From: an uncultured delta proteobacterium
GTDB lineage: Bacteria; Myxococcota; Myxococcia; SLRQ01
Assembly (NCBI GenBank): GCA_963727485.1
Contig: CAVSGM010000001.1
Coordinates: 1,024,001 to 1,088,000, forward strand
Length of the DNA stretch: 64,000 bases
Reading direction: 5' to 3'
The notes beneath the pieces are model-generated. The model was not told the DNA's origin and ran no database searches. It worked only from the letters and a program-made list of their open reading frames with translations. How positions within the stretch are numbered: the stretch's first letter is position 1; each line of letters starts with the position of its first letter. Positions 1-9,630 of the stretch are shown here, in pieces. A program made the position numbers and the translations under genes.

Positions 1-1098
1 ATCTTCCAGACCATCCTCGAGGACGCGGGCTACGAGGTGGTCACCGCGGCCACCGGCCAGGGGGCCCTCGACCAGCTCGGTGCCCGGACCTTCAACCTGG
101 TGGTCATGGACAAGAACCTCCCGGACCTCTCGGGCCTCGAGGTCCTGCGCCTCGGGCGCCAGCTCCACCCCGACCTCGAGTCGGTCCTGGTCACCGCCTA
201 CCCGTCGACGGACAGCGCCATCCAGGCCATGGAGGCGGGGTTCTACGACTACCTGAAGAAGCCCCTCGACGACATCGAGCTCCTCCCCCGCACGGTGCAC
301 CGGGCCCTGGAGCGCCAGGCGCTCTCCCGGGAGCGGCAGCGGCTGATGGTCGACCTCCTCGACACCAACGGGGCGCTCACCCGGCTCAACGAGGAGCTCC
401 GGGAGGCTCACCAGCGCCTGGAGGTGAAGGTCGCCGAGCTCGATCTCCTCCAGGACGCCACGGTCATGGGCCTCACGCGCCTGGCCGAGTACCGGGACAT
501 GGAGACCGGCGAGCACCTGGAGCGGATGCGCAACTACTCGCGGATCCTCGCCCGGGGCCTGATGGGCGTCGACGGGTTCTCCGTCATCGACGACGCCTTC
601 GTCGAGGCCATCTACAAGGCCGCGCCCCTCCACGACATCGGCAAGGTGGGCATCCCCGACCGCATCCTCACCAAGCCCGGGCGGCTGACCCCCGACGAGT
701 GGGTCATCATGCGCACCCACCCGACCATCGGCGGCCAGACCCTCGAGGAGGCGGAGAAGCGCGCCGGCCCCGGGGGGCCCATCGGCCTGCTGCGCATGGG
801 CAAGCACATCGCCTACTACCACCACGAGCGGTGGGATGGCGGCGGCTACCCCCACGGCCTCGAGGGCGACGAGATCCCCGTCGAGGCGCGGATCGTCACC
901 GTCGCCGACGCCTACGACGCCATCACCTCGCGGCGCTGCTACAAGGCGTCGATCCCCCACGAGAAGGCCCGGGAGATCCTCCTGGCCGCGGCGGGGCAGC
1001 ACTTCGACGCCCGGGTGGTCGACGCCTTCATCGAGAGCGAGGCCGAGATCCTCGAGGTGAAGGCCCGGTGGGCCGGAGACGAGGTCGACCTGAGCTAG
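1..1098 (+). CDS. Response regulator with REC and HD-GYP phosphodiesterase domain (RpfG-like), 5' partial
   Basis: Frame is open from base 1 (IFQTILEDAGYEV...). REC motifs VVMD...VTAY...YLKKP; HD-GYP motifs ETGEHLER, LHDIGK, HHERWDGGGYP, VADAYDA. Confidence 0.93.
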   Translation: MFQTILEDAGYEVVTAATGQGALDQLGARTFNLVVMDKNLPDLSGLEVLRLGRQLHPDLESVLVTAYPSTDSAIQAMEAGFYDYLKKPLDDIELLPRTVHRALERQALSRERQRLMVDLLDTNGALTRLNEELREAHQRLEVKVAELDLLQDATVMGLTRLAEYRDMETGEHLERMRNYSRILARGLMGVDGFSVIDDAFVEAIYKAAPLHDIGKVGIPDRILTKPGRLTPDEWVIMRTHPTIGGQTLEEAEKRAGPGGPIGLLRMGKHIAYYHHERWDGGGYPHGLEGDEIPVEARIVTVADAYDAITSRRCYKASIPHEKAREILLAAAGQHFDARVVDAFIESEAEILEVKARWAGDEVDLS

Positions 1099-1108
1099 GG
1101 GGGCCGGC

Positions 1109-1633
1109 TTAGTCGTCGTCGGAGCGGACGAGGGCCGGGCGGATGTGGATTTGGGTGACCTCGTCGCCGCTGGCGTCGGCGACCTGGGCCAGGCGGTCGC
1201 CGGCGCCCCGGAGCCGGCGGCACAGCTCCCGGTTGATGTTCTGGAGGATGAGCACGTAGGCGTGCACGTCCGCCTGGTAGAGCCGGTAGAGGCCCATGCT
1301 GGTCAGCTCGTGGAGGACGGTTCCGGCCTCGGCGCAGACCGTGTAGGGCCTCGGGTGCATCTCGATGAGGGTGGTCTCGCCGAAGAAGTCCCCGGTGCGC
1401 AGGCGCATGATGCGGACGGGGCGGCCGGAGGGGCCCGCCTGGGTGGCGAGGAGCTCGCCGGCCTCGACGATGAACATCGAGGCGCCCCGGTCGCCCTCGG
1501 CGAAGACCGCCTCGCCCCGGCGGTAGTCGCGCCGCTCGAGCATCGCCGCGACCCGGTGGAGGGCGTCGTGGTCGAGGCCGCCGAAGAAGGGCGTCCGGGA
1601 GAGAAACCGCTCGAGCTCCGCGTGGCCGGCCAT
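1109..1633 (-). CDS. Stand-alone cyclic nucleotide-binding domain protein
   Basis: cNMP-binding pattern VFAEGDRG.SMFIVEAG...GDFFGE...PRPYTV; no obvious HTH. Confidence 0.85.
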   Translation of the reverse strand: MAGHAELERFLSRTPFFGGLDHDALHRVAAMLERRDYRRGEAVFAEGDRGASMFIVEAGELLATQAGPSGRPVRIMRLRTGDFFGETTLIEMHPRPYTVCAEAGTVLHELTSMGLYRLYQADVHAYVLILQNINRELCRRLRGAGDRLAQVADASGDEVTQIHIRPALVRSDDD

Positions 1634-1681
1634 CCCCGGGAGTCTAGCGCATCCGCGGGCGCGACCGCGCGGTGCGGCCCC

Positions 1682-2518
1682 TCAGCCGTGGCCCATGAGC
1701 GCCTGCCCCTCGGGGCAGTAGGGGAGGATCGGGCACTCGTCGCACAGGGGCGCCTTGGCCTTGCACAGGGTCCGGCCGTGCCAGATGGTCCGGTGTGAGA
1801 AGCCGACCCACTTCTCCCGCGGCAGGATCGCCTGGAGCACCTTCTCGACCTTCACCGCGTCCTTGAGGGTGTGGAAGCCCCAGCGCCGGGTGAGGCGCAT
1901 CACGTGGGTGTCGACGACCACGCCGGTGGTCAGGCCGAAGGCGGTGCCCATGACCACGTTGGCGGTCTTCCGGGCGGCGCCGGGGATGGTGAGGAAGGTG
2001 TCCATCTCCCGGGGCAGCTCGCCGCCGAGCTCGACGACCCGCCTCGCCGCGCCGATGATGTTCTTCGCCTTGTTCCGGTAGAAGCCCGTGGGCCGGACCA
2101 GGGCCTCGACGTCGGCCTGCGCCGCCTTCGCCAGCGCCGGGGCGTCGGGGTAGCGGGCGAAGAGGGCCGGGGTGACCTTGTTGACCATCTCGTCGGTGCA
2201 CTGGGCCGAGAGGATGGTGGCGATGAGCAGCTGGAAGGGCGTCCGGTGGTCCAGGGCGCAGACCGCGTCGTAGTGATCCTCGAGGAGCTCGAGGATGGCG
2301 GCCACGCGCTTGGGCTCGGGGCGGGGGACGCCGGCGAAGCGCCGGTAGCCGGTGGCGGTGGTGAGGTCGGCGGGGCGCCGGCCGCCGGTCTTCTTGCGGG
2401 CGGGCCTGTTGCTGGCCTTGGCCTTGCGTGCGGTCTTGCCGGCTGCGGCCTTCCCGGTGGTCTTCTTGGAAGGCGCCTTCGGCTTCGACGTCGCGGGCTT
2501 CTTGCGGGCGGCGGGCAT
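1682..2518 (-). CDS. nth: Endonuclease III with Lys/Ala-rich N-terminal extension
   Basis: LLIATILSAQCTD, HhH motif IPGAARKTANVV, VVDTHV, 4Fe-4S motif C-x6-C-x2-C-x5-C. Confidence 0.95.
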   Translation of the reverse strand: MPAARKKPATSKPKAPSKKTTGKAAAGKTARKAKASNRPARKKTGGRRPADLTTATGYRRFAGVPRPEPKRVAAILELLEDHYDAVCALDHRTPFQLLIATILSAQCTDEMVNKVTPALFARYPDAPALAKAAQADVEALVRPTGFYRNKAKNIIGAARRVVELGGELPREMDTFLTIPGAARKTANVVMGTAFGLTTGVVVDTHVMRLTRRWGFHTLKDAVKVEKVLQAILPREKWVGFSHRTIWHGRTLCKAKAPLCDECPILPYCPEGQALMGHG

Positions 2519-2610
2519 GGGCCGAGAGCATGGGGTGGCCCGGCGAGGGAGTCAACGCGGGAAACCGGGTGCCACACGCTGGCCCGCCCCCGCCACGGCG
2601 GAGGCCCGCT

Positions 2611-3357
2611 TCACCCTGGTACCAGAAGCCCGTGTCGCCGCCAGCCGATGGAGAGCAGCCAGGTGTGTGGCCGGGCCACGGGGGCCTGGAGCGGCCCGGC
2701 TCGGCCCTCCGCCGGTGCGCCGGAGAGTGGGAGCCGCCAGCCGTCGAAGCTCCGCGCGGACGAGTAGGGATCGAGAGCCGCCCCGCGCCGGTGCCGTCCC
2801 CTGGTCGGCGGCGCGAGGTCGGCCGGGCCGGGCGTCCACTGCGAGGCGTGGTGACGATGGTTTCCGAGCACGTAGGCGAGGACGCCCCGCACCTCGCGCG
2901 GCGTGCGGAGGATCCGCGCGTGGTAGCGGTCGGCGAGGACCGGGCCGCGCGTGCCCATGAGCCCGTTGAGCCCCCGGGCGATGCGCACGCCCAGCCCCTT
3001 CATGGCGCGGCCGAGGGACGCTGCGTCACGCGCCTCCGCCACGAGGTGCAGGTGGTTGCCCTGCACCGAGTAGTGGCAGAGCCGCACCCCGTGGCGCTCC
3101 CTGGCGGCGAGGAACGCGGCGCGGAGGACCCGGAAGCAGCGCCGCGAGCGGCGCTGGTAGACGCGCGGCCGGACCCGGAGGGTGACGTGGACCGGGTACC
3201 GGGCAGCGAGGCGGGGACGGGGAGCGTGGGAGATGCCGGGCCTGGTACCGGTGGGCTTGCGCCCGGCGCCGGTGCGACGCCCTCCCCAGGTGGGGAGGTG
3301 GAGATCGAGCTGGCGGGGTCGGCGGAAGCGATGAGCGCGGCGTTGGGACACGAGCAT
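2611..3357 (-). mobile_element. RAYT / Y1-type HUH tyrosine transposase-like protein
   Basis: PVHVTLR, HUH motif GNHLHL, DRYH..IL, catalytic-Tyr helix AYVLGN, N-terminal WGGRRTGAGRKP. ATG 3357 chosen because the promoter-like -10 overlaps the ATG at 3390. No IS ends identified. Confidence 0.8.
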
Positions 3358-3388
3358 CTCCGAGTGGGAGGATCTCGATTCGGCGGAC

Positions 3389-3410
3389 ATTCTACCGGGG
3401 GGGTCTGACA
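3389..3410 (-). promoter_or_regulatory. TGTCAG-N10-TAGAAT promoter (RecA-NDp/PafBC-like architecture)
   Basis: Minus strand reads TGTCAG ACCCCCCCGG TAGAAT, ending 31 nt upstream of the RAYT-like ATG. Confidence 0.55.
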
Positions 3411-3500
3411 GTCGGAGGTGAGCGCGCCATTTGGCGACCAGCGCGGATGCCAGATGGCCTTCTCCACGGGTGCCGCCCGGCACGGACCGACATGCCCCGG

Positions 3501-3821
3501 CTATCCGAAGAGCGCGTCGAACCCGGCCAGCGCCGGGACCAGGGCGGCCACGGCGGGGTCGGTGTCACCCTCGCGGGCGGCGACGACCGCCACCGAGCTG
3601 CTGGCCGGGAACGGTCCCCCCGCCTCCACCAGCGCTTCGACGTTCGGCACGAAGACGAAGCGGAGCCACTGGGCGAAGCTCATGGTCCGCTGGCCGAACG
3701 GGCCCATGTCGGCGAAGGCCTCGTCATCGGGGCGGGGAAGGTCCCACAGGCCTGCGGCCTCCATCGCCGTGATCACGGCGTGAAGGTGGGTCCGGACGGC
3801 GTCCGACTCGGGCTGGTGCAC
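3501..3821 (-). CDS. YqcC (DUF446) family protein
   Basis: LW...P..EAF...GPFG..TMSFAQWLRFVFVP...LP-like pattern; GTG start with GGAG upstream (start uncertain). Confidence 0.8.
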   Translation of the reverse strand: MHQPESDAVRTHLHAVITAMEAAGLWDLPRPDDEAFADMGPFGQRTMSFAQWLRFVFVPNVEALVEAGGPFPASSSVAVVAAREGDTDPAVAALVPALAGFDALFG

Positions 3822-4043
3822 CAGGTCTCCTCGCTCGACCCGGGACGGCCGGCGCCGCCCGCCGCGGCGGCGCATCAGGTGATTTCCCCCCCGTGGACGC
3901 AGACCGTCCCAATTGGGCAGGATGCCGGGGCTGCCGCCGGCGCGCAACACTCCGGCGGCGCACCCGAACGCCTCGCCTCACCCACCACACCGATGTCTCG
4001 CGCCGCCGCCCCTGGGTCCCGCCCGGGCCACCCGCCCCACGCC

Positions 4044-4922
4044 ATGCCACCGGTCCATGCCGTCGTCGCGGCCAGCACCCTGGCCCCGGCGGCCAGCGGT
4101 CCCCTGGTCTGGGCCGGCGCCGGACTCGGGCTCCTTGCCGTCGTCGGCCTCCTGGTGCTCCTCCACCGCCGGCCCTGGCGTGGGCCCCGGACCCGCTACC
4201 CGGTGGTCCTGGCCCACGGCGTCATGGGCGTGGGCACCCTGGGCCTCGGCGGGACCCGGCGCGACTACTACTTCCGGGGCGTCGCCGACCACCTGCGCGC
4301 CCTGGGCCTCGAGGTCCACTGCCCCAGCGTCCCGCCCCTGAAGTCGGTGGCGGAGCGGGCGCAGGCGCTGGCCGACTACGTCGAGGCGCTCCCGGCCCGG
4401 AAGGTGAACCTGGTGGCCCACTCCATGGGCGGCCTCGACGCCCGCTACGCCATCGCCCACCTGGGCCTCGCCCGCCGGGTCGCCTCTCTGACCACCATCG
4501 GGACGCCCCACCGCGGGACGCCGGTGGCGGACCTGGGCCTGGAGACGGTGGCGGCGCCCCTTCACCTCGACCGGCTCCTCGGCGGCCTGGGGGTCACGGC
4601 GTTCTTCGACCTGACCACGCGGCGCATGACCCGGTTCAACGCCGAGACCCGGGACGCGCGCCGGGTGCGCTACGCCAGCGTGGTCTCGGTCGCGCGCCCG
4701 GAGCAGGGCCCGGTGCGCGCCCTCCTCCGGCCGACCCACGCCTTCCTCCACCGTCGCGCCGGCGACAACGACGGCATGGTCCCCGCGGACTCCCAGGCCT
4801 GGGGCAAGGTGCTGTGGCGGATCGACGCCGACCACTTCGCCCAGGTGGGCTGGTCCGAGGGCTTCGACGCGCCGGCCCTCTACGAGCGGCTGGCGCGCCG
4901 GCTGCGCAGCTGGGGCTGCTAG
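4044..4922 (+). CDS. Alpha/beta-hydrolase, triacylglycerol lipase-like, with N-terminal TM anchor
   Basis: YPVVLAHG, nucleophile motif AHSMGG, TTIGTPHRGT, NDGMV, terminal DH. Confidence 0.88.
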   Translation: MPPVHAVVAASTLAPAASGPLVWAGAGLGLLAVVGLLVLLHRRPWRGPRTRYPVVLAHGVMGVGTLGLGGTRRDYYFRGVADHLRALGLEVHCPSVPPLKSVAERAQALADYVEALPARKVNLVAHSMGGLDARYAIAHLGLARRVASLTTIGTPHRGTPVADLGLETVAAPLHLDRLLGGLGVTAFFDLTTRRMTRFNAETRDARRVRYASVVSVARPEQGPVRALLRPTHAFLHRRAGDNDGMVPADSQAWGKVLWRIDADHFAQVGWSEGFDAPALYERLARRLRSWGC

Positions 4923-4925
4923 TGC

Positions 4926-6317
4926 CTAGGCCGCCGGCGCGTCGCCCGCCTGCTTCGCCCCCTCCTCGCGCCACCACTTCTGGCCGTCCTCGGGGAGGGT
5001 GTCGATGGGGTCGTAGTAGGGGTACTGGCGGGTGAGGGCGTCGGGGTCGTTCTTCTCGATGGACGTCAGGTAGTTCTTGGTCCAGTAGGAGATGCCCTTG
5101 ACCCGGTCGTAGTCGGCGAGCTGGTGGACCCAGCGCTTGCCCACGAAGGGCACGTCACAGACGATGCGCGGCGTGGCGAAGCCCGGGAGGTAGCCCATGA
5201 TGTCGTGCTGGAGCTGCTGGGCCTCGGCGACGCTGACCCGCCAGTGCTCCGAGCTCGGGATCATGTCGCACATGTAGAAGTAGTACGGCATCACGTGGGC
5301 GTGATCGAGCAGCGTGAAGCACAGGTCCAACAGGTCCTTGGAGGTGGCGTTCACGCCCCGGAGCAGCACGCCCTGGTTGCGCACGTCGCGCATCCCCATG
5401 TCGAGGAGCTTCTCCACGGCCTTCGCCACCAGCGGGGTGAGCTGGCGGGCGTGGTTCACGTGGGTGTGGACCGCGAGGTCGACGCCCTGCTGCCGCGCCT
5501 TCTTCGCCAGGCGGTCGAGGCCGGCGAGGACGTCGTCCTGGAGGAAGTGCTGGGGGATGGCCATCAGCCCCTTGGAGGCCAGGCGGATGTCCCGGATGTT
5601 GGGGATGTCCATCAGCGCCGAGACGAAGGCCTCGAGGCGACCGATGGGCAGGTTGGCGATGTCGCCGCCGGAGACCACCACGTCACGGACCTGCGGCGTC
5701 TCCCGGAGGTAGGCGAGGATCTGCTCGTAGCGGTCGGGCTGCTTCACCTCGAAGCGCTTCTTCTTCACCTGGTCCACGTCGTTGCCCACCAGGTCCATGC
5801 GGGTGCAGTGGCCGCAGTACTGGGGGCAGGTGGAGAGCAGCTCGGCGAGGACCTTGGTGGGGTAGCGGTGGGTGAGCCCCTCGACGGCCCACATGTCCGC
5901 CTCGTGGAGGCTGTCACGGCTGGCCATGGGGTGGCTCGGCCAGTCGGCGCGGCGGTCGGAGAGGGCGGGGATCATGTAGCGACGGACCGGGTCGTGCCAC
6001 AGGTCGTCGAGATCCATGGTGTTGATCATCTGGGGCGGGATCAGCATCGACATCGTCGCCCGCTGGTGCTGGTCGCGCTCGATGTCCGCGGCCAGGTCCT
6101 CGGGGAGCCTGTCGCCGAGGGCGGCCTTGAGGTCCTTGAGGTTCTTGAGGGTGTTCCGGCGCTGCCACAGGGCGCTCTCCCACTCCTCCCGGGTGACGTC
6201 CTTCCAGGCGGGGACGCGGCGCCAGTCCGGCTCCTCGAAGGGCCGGGCCAGGGGGTACCGGAAGGGCTGGGCCGCCTTGGGGGCGGACTCGGTGGGGACG
6301 GACATGGGTGCGGTCAT
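4926..6317 (-). CDS. kamA: KamA-family radical SAM enzyme (lysine 2,3-aminomutase-like)
   Basis: GLTHRYPTKVL, CPQYCGHC (CxxxCxxC), DVVVSGGD, HTHVNH, NQGVLLRGVN, PYYFY. Confidence 0.9.
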   Translation of the reverse strand: MTAPMSVPTESAPKAAQPFRYPLARPFEEPDWRRVPAWKDVTREEWESALWQRRNTLKNLKDLKAALGDRLPEDLAADIERDQHQRATMSMLIPPQMINTMDLDDLWHDPVRRYMIPALSDRRADWPSHPMASRDSLHEADMWAVEGLTHRYPTKVLAELLSTCPQYCGHCTRMDLVGNDVDQVKKKRFEVKQPDRYEQILAYLRETPQVRDVVVSGGDIANLPIGRLEAFVSALMDIPNIRDIRLASKGLMAIPQHFLQDDVLAGLDRLAKKARQQGVDLAVHTHVNHARQLTPLVAKAVEKLLDMGMRDVRNQGVLLRGVNATSKDLLDLCFTLLDHAHVMPYYFYMCDMIPSSEHWRVSVAEAQQLQHDIMGYLPGFATPRIVCDVPFVGKRWVHQLADYDRVKGISYWTKNYLTSIEKNDPDALTRQYPYYDPIDTLPEDGQKWWREEGAKQAGDAPAA

Positions 6318-6426
6318 GGATTGGGACCTCTCGGGTCGGACGAGGGGCACGCGCCCTGGCGCGCCGTCCTCGGGGTAAGACGAAGGTGACCTCGCGGCGG
6401 CGCGGGCGAACCGCGGCAGGCGAGAT

Positions 6427-6501
6427 TCAGTGACGACGGGGCGCACGTGACGGAGGGTCACGCGGATCCGGACGGCGCTGGTGCATCAGCACGTACGTCA
6501 C
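6427..6501 (-). other. Candidate leaderless 24-aa leader peptide (MTYVLMHQRRPDPRDPPSRAPRRH)
   Basis: GTG begins 7 nt after a -10-like TATGGT; 25 codons ending in TGA; lies in the kamA 5' leader. Confidence 0.4.
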
Positions 6502-6508
6502 GGCGCCC

Positions 6509-6538
6509 ACCATAGGCGTCGGTGGGGTAACCGGTCAA
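6509..6538 (-). promoter_or_regulatory. Sigma70-like promoter upstream of the kamA leader
   Basis: Minus strand TTGACC-N18-TATGGT. Confidence 0.55.
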
Positions 6539-6587
6539 GGTTCGCTGGGATTCCGCGGGGATGCGTCGCCCGGCCCCCGGCGGGCCC

Positions 6588-7500
6588 TCACGGCTGGTGG
6601 AGGTGCACCGGCTTGAGGTGGCCCACGCCGTCCCAGGTCCAGGCCTCGGGGAGCAGGCGCCCGAGCAGCTCGTAGAGGGCGTGGACCCCCAGGAGGAACG
6701 GCACCGCGAAGACCAGGTCGAGGACGTAGTGGAAGCGCATCAGCAGCGTCGCGGAGATGATGCCCACGGCGAAGGGGAGCATCACCCAGAAGAAGCGCCG
6801 GTCGTGACGGAAGGCGTACCAGAGGATGAGCAGCGAGAGGGCGGTGTGCCCCGAGGGGAAGCAGTCGCGGATCATCGGCGAGCGCAGGAGCGCCTCGTAG
6901 AGGGCGGTGCCCAGAAGCCACCCCTGGGGCGGGCCGGCGAAGTGGCTCGCCAGGGTGAAGCGCGGGCCGATGACCGGGACCAGCACGTAGAACAGGAAGT
7001 TCAGCCAGATCGCCAGCACCACCAGGGTGGTGAACCGGCTGAAGCTGCTCGTGCTCGCCGCGGACGTAGAGGCGGACCGCCATCGCCACCGGCCACGCGT
7101 AGTAGGAGACGTAGGCGATCATCAGCAGGTCGACGAGGGGCGGGGGGAGGTCGCCGGCGAAGTACACCGCCGGGTAGCCCCCGAAGAGCAGGTGGTCGGC
7201 GCGGAGGATGAAGGGGTCCATGAGCGTCGGGCTCACCCGGTCGATGAGGGGGTTGAGGGTCGAGTAGAGGGCGAAGACCACCGGGAGGGGCCAGAAGGCG
7301 GCGACGGCGTCGGTCACCCGCGAGGGGTACCGGGCCCGGAGGACCAGGGCGGTGACGCCGGCGAACAGGCAGGTCGCCCAGACGGTCAGCGCCGTGGTCC
7401 AGGCGGGCGTCCTCGTGGCGAGCCCGAGGCCGAGGACCAGGAGCACCAGGGGGCCGGCGAGGCCCACCGCGTCGGCCTGTCGGATCCGGACTGCCTGCAT
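6588..7500 (-). CDS. PAP2-family membrane phosphatase/phosphotransferase, one frameshift near 7045
   Basis: Several TM segments; P..GPR, DCFPSGH and RFHY..D motifs. Removing one C restores EHEQFSRFTTLVVLAIW. Confidence 0.8.
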
Positions 7501-7606
7501 CGACGCCTCCTCCCTACGGTTAACCACCCAGGGCGTCGTGACAAGATCCTGACACGCCCCTGGGGCAGGGGCCGCCGGGCCACAGGGGGCCCACCGGGCG
7601 GGGACG

Positions 7607-8503
7607 TCAGCCGGAGGTGGGGGGCTCGGAGGGCCCGGACGGCTCGGCGGGCTCGGGCGCCTCGACGGCCGGTACGGGCGGGGGCGGCACCGGCGGGGGC
7701 GGCACCGGCCGCGCGGGCACCGGTGCCCGGTCCCGCGCCCGGGCCGCGCTCACCGCCGTGTCCCCGAGCACCGCCGCCGTCGCCCCGAGGACGAAGCGCT
7801 CGTCGGAGAGGGCCGCCGGCCGGGGCACCCCCAGATCCTCGAGGTACCCGGCCAGGCGCCCGAAGAGCCCCATCCGCGCCTCCACCGCGATCTCCTCCCG
7901 GCGCAGGGCCAGGGACACCAGGATCTCCCGGAGCGCCGGGGTCACCCGGGCCCGGGCGGCGGCGAGCGCCCGGCGATCCTCGACCAGGCTGTTGTACCGG
8001 GCGCCCTCGGGGAGGATCCCCGCCGGGAGGGGACGCCGGCTCTCACGGACCACCACCGTGCCGGCGAGGAGATCGCCGAGGCGCTGGCGCCGGCGGCTGG
8101 CGAGGACGGTCCCGGCGCCGGCGAGGTAGGTCACCGGGAGGCTGTCGAGGACCCGGAGGAGGTTTCGCACCATCGCCTCGTAGAAGCCCACCCGCCCGCC
8201 GCCCAGGCGCATCACCCGCAGGCCCACCACCCGCTTGCCCACGGTCTGGCCCTGACGCGCCCACTCCAGCACCGCGAAGTAGCCGAACTGGAGGACGAAG
8301 ACCGCGGCGAAGTAGACCGCCACCGCGAACCCCCGGAGGACCACCCCGGCGATGCCGGCGAAGAGGAGGAGCCCGAAGGAGAGGGCGCCCATCACCAGGG
8401 CGTCGATGCCCCAGGCCAGGGCCCGGGAGGCGAGCCCGGCGAGCTCGAAGTCGAAGACCACGTACTCCGGGGTCTCGACCTGGTGGACCACCTCGGTGCG
8501 CAC
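7607..8503 (-). CDS. RDD family membrane protein
   Basis: VETPE.V...LAGLASRALAWGID, GQTVGKR..GLRV, RNLLR..D, QRLGDLLAGTVVV. Confidence 0.9.
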   Translation of the reverse strand: MRTEVVHQVETPEYVVFDFELAGLASRALAWGIDALVMGALSFGLLLFAGIAGVVLRGFAVAVYFAAVFVLQFGYFAVLEWARQGQTVGKRVVGLRVMRLGGGRVGFYEAMVRNLLRVLDSLPVTYLAGAGTVLASRRRQRLGDLLAGTVVVRESRRPLPAGILPEGARYNSLVEDRRALAAARARVTPALREILVSLALRREEIAVEARMGLFGRLAGYLEDLGVPRPAALSDERFVLGATAAVLGDTAVSAARARDRAPVPARPVPPPPVPPPPVPAVEAPEPAEPSGPSEPPTSG

Positions 8504-8526
8504 CGCCCCATGGTACCATCCGACCC

Positions 8527-9561
8527 GTGGATCTCGCGGCCTTCATCTCCGAGCGGCGCCCGGTGTGGGCCCGCCTCGAGACCGGCCTCGACGACGCCGA
8601 CCGCCGGGGGCTCGGGCGCCTCTCCGTCGACGAGGCCCGGGCCCTCGGTCGGCTCTACCGCGAGGTCTCCGGCGACCTCCTCCTCGCCCGGAGCAAGGCC
8701 GCCAGCGCCGAGGTCGTCGACTACCTCAACGCCCTGGTCGCCCGGGCCCACGCCCGCATCCACCCCTCGCGCCGCCCGCGCCTCGCCGACGTGAGGCGCT
8801 TCTACGCCCGGGGCTTCCCCCGCCTGGTCCGCGCCGAGCGCCGGGCCATCGCGCTGTCGGCGGTGTGCCTCCTCGCCGGGGTCCTCTTCGGCGCCGGGGC
8901 CATGGCCGTCGACGGCGACGCCTGGGTCTACCTGGTCCCCGCCCAGCACCAGCACTTCACCCCCAAGGCCCACGCCGACCAGGCCAACCACCGCGTCGCC
9001 GGCCCGGGGAACGAGGCCGCCTTCAGCGCCTTCCTCTTCACCCACAACATCCGGGTCACCGTCCTCACCTTCGCGGTGGGCGTGTTCGCCGGGGTCCTCA
9101 CCGCCCTGCTCCTCTTCCTCAACGGGGTGATGCTCGGGTCGCTGGCCTGGGTCTACGCCACCCGTGGCTACGGCCTCTTCTTCTGGGCCTGGATCCTGCC
9201 CCACGGGGTCCTGGAGCTCTCGGCGGTGGTCCTCGGGGGCGGCGCCGGCTTCGTCCTCGGCCGGGCGGTCCTGGCGCCGGGGCGCCTGCGCCGCAGCGAC
9301 GCGGTCCGGGAGGCGGCGGCCCGGGCGGTGCGCCTCCTCCTCGGGCTGGCGCCTGTCCTGGTGGTCGCCGGCCTCATCGAGGGCAGCCTCTCCCAGTGGG
9401 GCGACCAGATCGTCAGCCCCTGGCTCAAGCTGGCCTTCGCCGCCGTCGCCGGGAGCCTCCTGTGGCTCTATCTCCTCCGGGCGGGCCGGGGCGCGGACGA
9501 CGCCCTGGGCCAAGGGGTAGGAGGATCCCCTGGGGTCGCGCAACTCCCCCGTCCGGGGTAA
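8527..9561 (+). CDS. Stage II sporulation protein M (SpoIIM/DUF95) family membrane protein
   Basis: LYR....DL...YLNALVARAH, FTHNIRV, NGVMLG, WILPHGVLEL, AGLIEG. Confidence 0.88.
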   Translation: MDLAAFISERRPVWARLETGLDDADRRGLGRLSVDEARALGRLYREVSGDLLLARSKAASAEVVDYLNALVARAHARIHPSRRPRLADVRRFYARGFPRLVRAERRAIALSAVCLLAGVLFGAGAMAVDGDAWVYLVPAQHQHFTPKAHADQANHRVAGPGNEAAFSAFLFTHNIRVTVLTFAVGVFAGVLTALLLFLNGVMLGSLAWVYATRGYGLFFWAWILPHGVLELSAVVLGGGAGFVLGRAVLAPGRLRRSDAVREAAARAVRLLLGLAPVLVVAGLIEGSLSQWGDQIVSPWLKLAFAAVAGSLLWLYLLRAGRGADDALGQGVGGSPGVAQLPRPG

Positions 9562-9630
9562 CCTGCTCCCCGGCCGCGCCTCCACCCGGAGGCGCGCATG
9601 GCCCCCCGGCGGGAGACAGGAGCGACGCCC

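Noticed and set aside
2520..3500. REP/BIME arrays or IS200 terminal hairpins flanking the RAYT-like gene
   Set aside because: Only short GC stems expected by chance; no repeated GTAG-type palindromes seen.
3840..3920. GGGACGG/CCGTCCC inverted repeat and CCCAATTGGG palindrome between yqcC and the lipase
   Set aside because: Too short to distinguish from chance at this GC content.
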